IMG/VR virus record: IMGVR_UViG_2061766007_000176
DNA length: 20,000 nucleotides
Source: an uncultured virus (IMG/VR IMGVR_UViG_2061766007_000176)
Lineage: Duplodnaviria > Heunggongvirae > Uroviricota > Caudoviricetes
Reading direction: 5' to 3' (one strand)
A program made the translations under genes and the position numbers. Positions 11,543 to 18,002 of this stretch are shown piece by piece (the first letter of the stretch is position 1; each line of letters opens with the position of its first letter). Under the pieces are notes generated by a model that was given only the letters and a program-made list of their open reading frames with translations, was not told where the DNA came from and searched no databases.

Positions 11543-11571
11543 TTGACATTTTATTAAATTTCAAGTATAAT
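11543..11571 (+). promoter_or_regulatory. sigma-A-type promoter
   Basis: TTGACA-17-TATAAT perfect consensus. Confidence 0.85.
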
Positions 11572-11640
11572 ATAAGTAGAATATGAGGGTAAGGAACCTC
11601 ATTTCTAAATAAAATTTCATAACATAGGGAGGTTATGATT

Positions 11641-11985
11641 ATGGCTATTCGTGTTTATTCGGATAAAACCAAACAGTTCTATAACACAGTGGAGGAAGCA
11701 AACCGCGCTGAGTTTGAACTAAAAGAGAAAGAGAATCTTGAAAAGATTCAGAAAGAGCGCGAGCTTGCACTCGCAAAAGAAAAGAAGGAAAAGGCGCTAG
11801 CAGAACGTAAGGCCGCTGCTGAAAAGGTAGAAGCCGCACGTAAAGCATTCAATGAAGCGAGAAAAGCATATCATGCTGAACTTGAAACCTTCTGTAAGAA
11901 GTACGGCACTTATCATTATACCACTGATGGTAAAGATGATGTTCCATCTCTATTCGATCTCTTTGATAACATTTTCAAGTTCTAA
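11641..11985 (+). CDS. coiled-coil hypothetical protein (no TAG)
   Basis: GGGAGG RBS; E/K/A-rich heptads. Confidence 0.8.
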   Translation: MAIRVYSDKTKQFYNTVEEANRAEFELKEKENLEKIQKERELALAKEKKEKALAERKAAAEKVEAARKAFNEARKAYHAELETFCKKYGTYHYTTDGKDDVPSLFDLFDNIFKF

Positions 11986-12014
11986 GGCTTAGGGCTGAGC
12001 CCATCAGCCTTTCT

Positions 12015-12107
12015 AGCCCCTTAGTTCAACGGTAGAACACCGGTCTCTAAAACCGTTATATCCCTCTGAAGGAGGTAGTCAGGGTTCGAATCCCTGAGGG
12101 GCCGCCA
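12015..12107 (+). tRNA. amber suppressor tRNA (anticodon CTA), Trp-like body, 23-nt variable region, encoded CCA
   Basis: Acceptor AGCCCCT/AGGGGCC+G+CCA; D arm GTTC/GAAC; loop CT-CTA-AA (anticodon 12047-12049); T arm CAGGG-TTCGAAT-CCCTG. Confidence 0.85.
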
Positions 12108-12111
12108 CACA

Positions 12112-12176
12112 TCGGCACTTGCAGCAAATTCCTTTTATCGCCATATAAAGATACTTGATAATTATCGAGGTGCCGA
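12112..12176 (+). ncRNA. stem-CAGCAA-loop element copy 1 (skipping-rope-like)
   Basis: TCGGCAC/GTGCCGA closing stem, CAGCAA 12122-12127. Confidence 0.6.
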
Positions 12177-12181
12177 GATTT

Positions 12182-12252
12182 GCGCTTATCGTATAAAAGT
12201 AGTATACCGTCCTTCCAAGTCGGTGGTGCGGTGGCAGAATCCGCTAGGCGCT
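12182..12252 (+). tRNA. trnG: tRNA-Gly(TCC), non-canonical D and T loops
   Basis: GCGCTTA/TAGGCGC acceptor, loop CT-TCC-AA, discriminator T; no GG in D loop; T loop GGCAGAA. Confidence 0.7.
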
Positions 12253-12255
12253 CTT

Positions 12256-12590
12256 CCCAGCCTCTTCCTTGCTGGGCGCGAAAAAGGGAAGGAAGTGAGC
12301 AGACTACTTTTAAATGTCGCCAGGAGCCATAACCCTGTAGAGTCTATCCTAGGTGGACAGAATTGCGTGCTTCTTGTTGGGTACGTTAGGCATACGCAAG
12401 AGGTGGGCTACCTACCGAGGCAACAGGCTAGCAGTGAGACTACACTTAAAACCGCATCCTTCACAGCGAAATGTGCGGGCGTAAAGCGACACGTGACATC
12501 GCTAGCACAAACAGGAGTTGCGAACCTGCGCGTGCGATTCCCGCAGTTCTGAACACCTAGCGCAATTAGCTTAGTAAGAATTGCGGGAAT
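12256..12590 (+). ncRNA. candidate structured ncRNA ending in a terminator-like hairpin
   Basis: GC-richer than flanks, multiple helices, ATTCCCGCAGTTCT/AGAATTGCGGGAAT (12537-12590) followed by T-rich tract. Confidence 0.5.
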
Positions 12591-12599
12591 TTTTATTAT

Positions 12600-12628
12600 T
12601 TGACTTTTTCTTAAATTTCATGTATAAT
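12600..12628 (+). promoter_or_regulatory. sigma-A-type promoter
   Basis: TTGACT-17-TATAAT. Confidence 0.8.
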
Positions 12629-12662
12629 ATATATGTAAGATAAAGAAAAGGAGATTTTCATA

Positions 12663-12848
12663 ATGGAAAATATTGAATTTAGGTATTGCTTTAAAGATGG
12701 TGACGAAGCCAAAGAAATCAATGTTGGAAAAAAGGCTGAAAATGGTCTTCATGATTATGAAGTTTGTGAAATATTTCTTGATTTTATGAACTCCGTTGGT
12801 TTTTCTCAAGAAAACGTATTTAAATATTTTAATGATGATAATGAATGA
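12663..12848 (+). CDS. small acidic hypothetical protein
   Basis: AGGAG RBS downstream of promoter; 61 aa. Confidence 0.7.
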   Translation: MENIEFRYCFKDGDEAKEINVGKKAENGLHDYEVCEIFLDFMNSVGFSQENVFKYFNDDNE

Positions 12849-12922
12849 TGGGCATTAGCACAGTTGGTTAGTGCAGTGGTCTTATAAACCAAAGATGCAG
12901 AGTTCAAGTCTCTGATGCCCTA
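12849..12922 (+). tRNA. trnI: tRNA-Ile(TAT)
   Basis: GGGCAT/ATGCCC acceptor, D arm GCAC/GTGC, loop CT-TAT-AA (12883-12885), T arm CAGAG-TTCAAGT-CTCTG. Confidence 0.85.
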
Positions 12923-12926
12923 CTTA

Positions 12927-12995
12927 TAGGTACACGCAGCAAACTTTTTCATTTATAAAACTAATTTGCTTGTTTTTTAAACTCTTTAGTGCCTA
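12927..12995 (+). ncRNA. stem-CAGCAA-loop element copy 2 (skipping-rope-like)
   Basis: TAGGTAC/GTGCCTA stem, CAGCAA 12937-12942. Confidence 0.6.
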
Positions 12996-13404
12996 GTTTT
13001 CCCAAGAGTACCGAGTGTATGAGGGACGTTTGGACCCACCTCTCCAATCGTTAATATACAGAAGGATGGCGCCAAGGAGAGAAGGTATATCTANNNNNNN
13101 NNNNNNNNNNNNNNNNNNNNNNNNNNNNNNNNNNNNNNNNNNNNNNNNNNNNNNNNNNNNNNNNNNNNNNNNNNNNNNNNNNNNNNNNNNNNNNNNNNNN
13201 NNNNNNNNNNNNNNNNNNNNNNNNNNNNNNNNNNNNNNNNNNNNNNNNNNNNNNNNNNNNNNNNNNNNNNNNNNNNNNNNNNNNNNNNNNNNNNNNNNNN
13301 NNNNNNNNNNNNNNNNNNNNNNNNNNNNNNNNNNNNNNNNNNNNNNNNNNNNNNNNNNNNNNNNNNNNNNNNNNNNNNNNNNTAGTAAATTCACAGTGTA
13401 TCAT

Positions 13405-13821
13405 ATGGAATATACAACAAATCAAAAGGGTTTAATTACTGAAATGGAAGTAGCATTGTATTTAATTAAATTAGGATATAATGTATCACAACCATTAAAT
13501 GCAGATAGTAAATATGATTTTATTGTGGATACTGGTAAACAACTGTTACGAATACAGGTAAAAACTTCACATTTAAATAAAAATGAAACTGGTTTTGAAT
13601 TTAAATGTCGTTCTGTAACAGTAAATAGTAACAAAGTTAATTGTCATTATTATAGTTCTGATGATGTAGATTATTTTGCGACTTATTGGAATGGAGAAGT
13701 TTATTTAGTACCTGTAAATCAATGTTCTTCGGTTAAGAATTTATATTTTGAAAAACACGCTCGTGATGGAGTATGTTGGTGCGAAGATTATAAAGCAAGC
13801 GAGGTGTTAAAAGCACTGTGA
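13405..13821 (+). CDS. PD-(D/E)XK homing endonuclease, group I intron-associated (I-Ssp6803I-like) family
   Basis: KGLITE..GYNVSQP..SKYDFIVD..LLRIQVKT..Y.SDDVDYFATY..VYLVPV; true start ATG 13405 after the N gap. Confidence 0.85.
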   Translation: MEYTTNQKGLITEMEVALYLIKLGYNVSQPLNADSKYDFIVDTGKQLLRIQVKTSHLNKNETGFEFKCRSVTVNSNKVNCHYYSSDDVDYFATYWNGEVYLVPVNQCSSVKNLYFEKHARDGVCWCEDYKASEVLKAL

Positions 13822-13832
13822 ACATTGTTAGG

Positions 13833-13882
13833 CAAGGTTAGGTCACGGGTCCGAATCCCGTTAGGTGCTCTTATATTTAGAC
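13833..13882 (+). repeat. 3' half of tRNA-Gly(GCC) plus trailer, identical to 14170-14219
   Basis: 50-nt exact direct repeat CAAGGTTAGG...TTTAGAC ending at an N gap. Confidence 0.85.
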
Positions 13883-14135
13883 NNNNNNNNNNAATGCGCG
13901 TAAAGGTGCCGACTAGGTCGCGGATCAGGTTTCATTGGCTTTAATCGCTGCGTTAAGGCAATAAAAGCATACATACGTATGGGCGCTGAGGCAACGCCCT
14001 CTATCGGAGAAACCCTCATTCAAAACGCCCGAAAACCGTAGGGAGGAATGGAGTTCCACGCCGGTGAGGCCATCCGGAATAGACAGTTCGATTCTGTATA
14101 CGGCGTACCGATATGAAGTTCGGAGTAGGGCACAT

Positions 14136-14206
14136 GCACCTATAGTGTAGTGGTAACATATGACCTTGCCAAGGTTAGGTCACGGGTCCGAATCCCGTTA
14201 GGTGCT
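14136..14206 (+). tRNA. trnG: tRNA-Gly(GCC)
   Basis: GCACCTA/TAGGTGC, loop TT-GCC-AA, T arm ACGGG-TCCGAAT-CCCGT. Confidence 0.9.
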
Positions 14207-14214
14207 CTTATATT

Positions 14215-14336
14215 TAGACACATACAGCAAATTACTTTTTAGATGACTTGTAATCCGTGTGTTTTAGGTTCGAGCCCTGACAAGAGCATTGCTCTTGTAG
14301 CTCAATTGGTAGAGCGACGTACTTATATGGTGTCTA
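14215..14336 (+). ncRNA. stem-CAGCAA-loop element copy 3, enclosing the permuted tRNA
   Basis: TAGACAC 14215-14221 / GTGTCTA 14330-14336; CAGCAA 14225-14230. Confidence 0.7.
14245..14319 (+). tRNA. circularly permuted tRNA-Thr(TGT): 3' half 14245-14288 precedes 5' half 14291-14319
   Basis: Reordered: GCTCTTG-TA-GCTC-AATTGGTA-GAGC-G-ACG|GA-CTTGTAA-TCCGT-GTGTT-TTAGG-TTCGAGC-CCTGA-CAAGAGC-A, a complete cloverleaf. Confidence 0.85.
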
Positions 14337-14388
14337 GTTTTGCGACATAGAAATATGCCGCTTATTTGTATATAATGGAGGAAAAAGG

Positions 14389-16095
14389 ATGAGAGCAGCA
14401 GTTTATGCGGGCACGCGCAATATATATGCCGATATGATTCCATCTATGAAATCTCTATTAATGTATTCTAATGTGGATAAAATTTACTTCTTAATAGAAG
14501 ATGATGAATTTCCATATGAACTTCCTCCAGAAGTAGAATGTATTAATGTAAGTAATCAAAAATGGTTTGATCCCGAAGGGCCTAATTTCGTTTCTAAATG
14601 GTCTTATATGATTCTTTTGCGTGCGGCCCTTACAAAATTGTTTCCAGATTTAGACAGAATTTTATCATTAGATTGTGATACTATAGTAAGAAATAACATT
14701 TCCGAACTATGGGATTTGCCGCTAGATGATTATTATTTTGCTGGTGTATATGAACCAGAAAAATCTACGGAAACATTTAGATATATTAATGCTGGCGTAA
14801 TGATGTTTAATCTAAAGAAAATTCGTGAAGATCATAAAGATGATGAATATATTTATGATTTAAACAATTGTTATAGACCATTTCCAGAGCAAGAATGTTT
14901 CAGTGCCTTGTCACAAGGCAAGATATTAGAATTATCAGGAGAATATAATTTATCAACGAGTACCATAACATCTACAAATGAGAAGATACTTCATTTTGCC
15001 GCAAATAAAAATTGGAGACTTCTAAAATTAGTAAATGAATTTAGAATGATGCCATTAGATTTCGCGCGCAATCAAACCAACCAAATCGCTTTAGATATTA
15101 TTATTCCTACTTATGTTAAGGTAAATAATTTGAAAAATACGCTTGAATCTATTGAGTGGAACAATAAATATCCAATTCGAGTCACAGTAATTGATGATGC
15201 TTCTGGTAAAGATTATTCGGCGCTACAAGCACAATATCCACAAGTACAGTGGCTTCAATTAAAACAAAATAGCGGGCCTGGCGTAGCAAGACAATATGGT
15301 AATGAGCATACTAATTATCGTTATATTACTTATCTAGATAGCGGTGATATCTTTAAACCTGGAGATATAAATAAAATCTTTGAAGGCATAGAACAAAATA
15401 CTATTGGATACTTCTATATTTGGAGATTCTATGATGGCGATACTAAAGCACTATCAAGACTAGATGAGGAAAAGACTTGCGGTAAAGTATATCGGCGCGA
15501 ATTCATTGAACGATATAACATTAGATGGTCTTCTGGTAAAGCATCATATGCTTGCGAAGATTATGGTTTTGTAAGAACTTGTAATGTATTTTTAAGTTAT
15601 CTTCAGACTATAGACGGAGCAAAACGTGTATATATGTTTAATGACCTAATAACCTGTCTAGTACCAGATAATAATTCAATCACACGCGAAAATAAATTTG
15701 AATTTGTATTTAATCAAGCAGTTGAAGGACTAGTATTAAATAACTATCATATATACAAACAGTGTAGAGATAGTAAAATTCCTATTAGATATATTATACG
15801 TGAATTAAACTATATGATTGTGCGTTTATATTGGTTCTTCCTTATAACAGTTCACGAGCGTCCAGAATTCCGTGAAATAAATTGGGTTCGCATTAAGGAT
15901 TTCTATGATAAGCTATATTCTAAATATGAATTAGAGGCGTCTAAAACATTGGCAGAGCCCTATTATAAATGTAATACACAACTTATAATGCCCAAAATGC
16001 GAGTATGGAAATCTCCCATAAGAATCAACATTGGTAGATTTTTAGCTGAATTGAAGACTAATAAGGAAATGCCTGGGAGGTACAAACTTGATTGA
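14389..16095 (+). CDS. bifunctional glycosyltransferase (GT8 N-terminal + GT2 C-terminal)
   Basis: DRILSLDCDTIV..YINAGVMMFNL..EQE..ILHFA (GT8); IIIPTY..VIDDASG..NSGPGVARQYG..YLDSGD (GT2); GGAGG RBS. Confidence 0.9.
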   Translation: MRAAVYAGTRNIYADMIPSMKSLLMYSNVDKIYFLIEDDEFPYELPPEVECINVSNQKWFDPEGPNFVSKWSYMILLRAALTKLFPDLDRILSLDCDTIVRNNISELWDLPLDDYYFAGVYEPEKSTETFRYINAGVMMFNLKKIREDHKDDEYIYDLNNCYRPFPEQECFSALSQGKILELSGEYNLSTSTITSTNEKILHFAANKNWRLLKLVNEFRMMPLDFARNQTNQIALDIIIPTYVKVNNLKNTLESIEWNNKYPIRVTVIDDASGKDYSALQAQYPQVQWLQLKQNSGPGVARQYGNEHTNYRYITYLDSGDIFKPGDINKIFEGIEQNTIGYFYIWRFYDGDTKALSRLDEEKTCGKVYRREFIERYNIRWSSGKASYACEDYGFVRTCNVFLSYLQTIDGAKRVYMFNDLITCLVPDNNSITRENKFEFVFNQAVEGLVLNNYHIYKQCRDSKIPIRYIIRELNYMIVRLYWFFLITVHERPEFREINWVRIKDFYDKLYSKYELEASKTLAEPYYKCNTQLIMPKMRVWKSPIRINIGRFLAELKTNKEMPGRYKLD

Positions 16096-17020
16096 TTTAA
16101 TTATTCCCTATTATAATAATCCAGAAGGATTAGCGCGAACCCTTGAATCAATTAATAAAGAAGTATTTCATATAACAGTAGTAGATGATAATTCATTAAT
16201 TTATATGCCTTATAATGTAGACGTAGATCAAGTACTACGCTATAATGCTAATAGAGGGCCAGGGTTTGCGCGCCAATTTGGTTTGGAAAGAACGCATGAA
16301 CCTTATGTAATGTTTCTTGATACGGGCGATGTATTTATATCTAAAGAAGTACAATATAGAATTGAGTATGAACTTGTAAATACTAAGGCTGTATTGGCAA
16401 GTTATTTATACTATCATTATGATGAACTAAGTAAACATACAGATAATCGTTTACATGGTAAAATCTATCAACGCGCATTTTTAGAAGAATATGGAATTTC
16501 ATTTCCATTGGAATCAAGTTACTTAAATGAAGATGTAGGCTTTAATAGAGCGTGTAAACTGATTATTGAAAATAACAAGTTATTACAGACACGTACAGAT
16601 TTGCCTGTAATTCGACAAACAAAAGATGAAAATTCTTTAACACAAAAAGATAATCAAGTTGTACTATATCGAGATCAAACTCGCGCGCTATCGCTTGTTT
16701 CTATTCATACAATAGATACACTTATAAAAAATAACATAAATCCGCAAGAAGAAATTAATCATATTGCGATGTCACTATATTACTGGTTTATAAGAACTGC
16801 GGCCGAAAGAATTGAATTTCTACCACAAGCATGGGATGGCGCAAAAATCTTCTATCAGAAGTATAAAAAAGAAATTCAACCAAATCAATTAGTTAATGGA
16901 AATGCGTATTTAAAAAATTGTTTAACCTATCGGCGCAAATTACATTTTCCTATTAATGTTCTTAAATTCGCACATGAAATTTTAGTAGAAGAAAATTTAC
17001 CATCTTATTATTTGACATAA
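16088..17020 (+). CDS. GT2 family glycosyltransferase (paralog of the upstream GT2 domain)
   Basis: TTG start with GGGAGG RBS; LIIPYYN..VVDDNS..NRGPGFARQFG..FLDTGD..HGKIYQR..NEDVGFNR. Confidence 0.9.
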   Translation: MIDLIIPYYNNPEGLARTLESINKEVFHITVVDDNSLIYMPYNVDVDQVLRYNANRGPGFARQFGLERTHEPYVMFLDTGDVFISKEVQYRIEYELVNTKAVLASYLYYHYDELSKHTDNRLHGKIYQRAFLEEYGISFPLESSYLNEDVGFNRACKLIIENNKLLQTRTDLPVIRQTKDENSLTQKDNQVVLYRDQTRALSLVSIHTIDTLIKNNINPQEEINHIAMSLYYWFIRTAAERIEFLPQAWDGAKIFYQKYKKEIQPNQLVNGNAYLKNCLTYRRKLHFPINVLKFAHEILVEENLPSYYLT

Positions 17021-17040
17021 TATAAAATTTCTGATATAAT
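17012..17040 (+). promoter_or_regulatory. sigma-A-type promoter (extended -10) for tRNA cluster
   Basis: TTGACA-17-TATAAT with TG. Confidence 0.85.
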
Positions 17041-17075
17041 ATTTATGTAAGGAAGGGGAAGAAACCCCTTCAGAT

Positions 17076-17148
17076 GGCTCTGTAGCGTAGCGGTTATCGC
17101 GTCGGCTTGTCACGCCGAAGATCACGAGTTCAATTCTCGTCAGAGTCG
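17076..17148 (+). tRNA. trnD: tRNA-Asp(GTC)
   Basis: GGCTCTG/CAGAGTC, TCGGC-TTGTCAC-GCCGA, T arm ACGAG-TTCAATT-CTCGT. Confidence 0.92.
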
Positions 17149-17151
17149 CTC

Positions 17152-17288
17152 ACCGTTTTGTACGATGACGGTATATAAATAATTCGGCAAACCGTTAGCA
17201 CGGATTTAGCACTTCAACTACCACCGGCACCTTATGGTGATATGTGGCATTAGCGGTAAACGGTATATAAAGAAGCGAAGTAAAGTGC
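17152..17288 (+). ncRNA. two tandem H-type pseudoknot units (ACCG..CGGT-ATATAAA), CptI-like
   Basis: ACCGT/ACGGT+ATATAAA (17152-17179); ACCGTT/AACGGT+ATATAAA (17191-17271) with GCACTT/AAGTGC second stem. Confidence 0.55.
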
Positions 17289-17297
17289 GTTTTATAT

Positions 17298-17370
17298 CGC
17301 AGGTAAGACAAGCGGCTAAGTCAGGTGGCTCATAACCATCGTTTGACGGGTTCGACTCCCGTACCTGCTA
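17298..17370 (+). tRNA. trnM: tRNA-Met(CAT) (1:72 mismatch; initiator/elongator/Ile2 status unclear)
   Basis: CGCAGGT/ACCTGCT, GGTGG-CTCATAA-CCATC, ACGGG-TTCGACT-CCCGT. Confidence 0.85.
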
Positions 17371-17374
17371 CTAT

Positions 17375-17447
17375 GGCTCCTTAGCTCAGTTGGTAGAGCA
17401 AGCGGCTGTTAACCGCTGGGTCAAAGGTTCGAGTCCTTTAGGAGCCG
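17375..17447 (+). tRNA. trnN: tRNA-Asn(GTT)
   Basis: Canonical cloverleaf, loop CT-GTT-AA. Confidence 0.95.
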
Positions 17448-17630
17448 CTTGGGAACTTGTCCCTATTAAGAACAAGTGGGCGCATCGCAGGTTCGATCTG
17501 CGTAGTCGAGAGAAAAAGTTATATATTCTATACAAGTTCGAGTCTTGTTTAGCACGGCGCAATAGATATATATAATCTGCAGTAATTAAGCTACTCTTGC
17601 CAGGCTTGGATGCATACAAGTCTGTAATAT

Positions 17631-17702
17631 GCTCCGTGGGACAGTCGGTTAAGTCATCGGCCCTTCAAGCCGGAGTGCCGAGTTCAACTCTCGGACGGAG
17701 TA
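17631..17702 (+). tRNA. trnE: tRNA-Glu(TTC), atypical G8 and C33
   Basis: GCTCCGT/ACGGAGT, TCGGC-CCTTCAA-GCCGG, CCGAG-TTCAACT-CTCGG. Confidence 0.8.
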
Positions 17703-17803
17703 CTTAGTAGTTGTCATAAAATCCCAATATGCCATCGCTATAGCTATGAAGCCCCACTTCATACAAACAACAACTACTTCCACGGGAGCATAAGCTCCCA
17801 TAT

Positions 17804-17875
17804 GCCCTATGGGGCAGGCGGTCAAGCCATCAGCCTCTCAAGCTGAAGTGCCGAGTTCGATTCTCGGATAGGGTA
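17804..17875 (+). tRNA. trnE: tRNA-Glu(CTC), atypical G8
   Basis: GCCCTAT/ATAGGGT, TCAGC-CTCTCAA-GCTGA, CCGAG-TTCGATT-CTCGG. Confidence 0.85.
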
Positions 17876-17878
17876 CAA

Positions 17879-17976
17879 ACTGCTCCCATCTCCGGCAGTA
17901 TAAACAACGGATTTAACCACCGCTATCATTGTTTCACACTTTCATGACGCGGTATATAAAACGGCATTGAAAGTGT
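17879..17976 (+). ncRNA. two tandem H-type pseudoknot units, CptI-like
   Basis: ACTGC/GCAGT+ATAAA with TCCG/CGGA; ACCGC/GCGGT+ATATAAAA with ACACTTTCA/TGAAAGTGT. Confidence 0.65.
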
Positions 17977-18002
17977 TATTACTCTATTGTGAGGTATAAA
18001 AT

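Noticed and set aside
12223..12552. 109-aa ORF from the track
   Set aside because: Starts inside tRNA-Gly, has no RBS and overlaps a structured GC-rich tract
12577..12589. AATTGCGGGAA resembling a group I intron P element
   Set aside because: Fully paired in the terminator-like hairpin; no ordered Q/R/S elements follow
12993..13425. ORFs spanning the N gap (12993-13394, 13051-13425 and the 13015 extension)
   Set aside because: Artefacts of translating Ns; the endonuclease starts at 13405
1315..13634. Minus-strand and alternate-frame ORFs (1315-1497, 1956-2168, 4452-4655, 8105-8305, 8352-8549, 8727-9035, 10844-11041, 11081-11305, 11645-11848, 12618-12809, 13422-13634)
   Set aside because: Shadow ORFs of well-supported + strand genes
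17386..17619. Two short ORFs on opposite strands
   Set aside because: Overlap tRNA-Asn; no coding signals
17662..17668. Reading the tRNA at 17631 as an opal (TCA) suppressor
   Set aside because: In the 7-nt loop CCTTCAA the central triplet is TTC; it is paralogous to tRNA-Glu(CTC), and TGA is used as a stop
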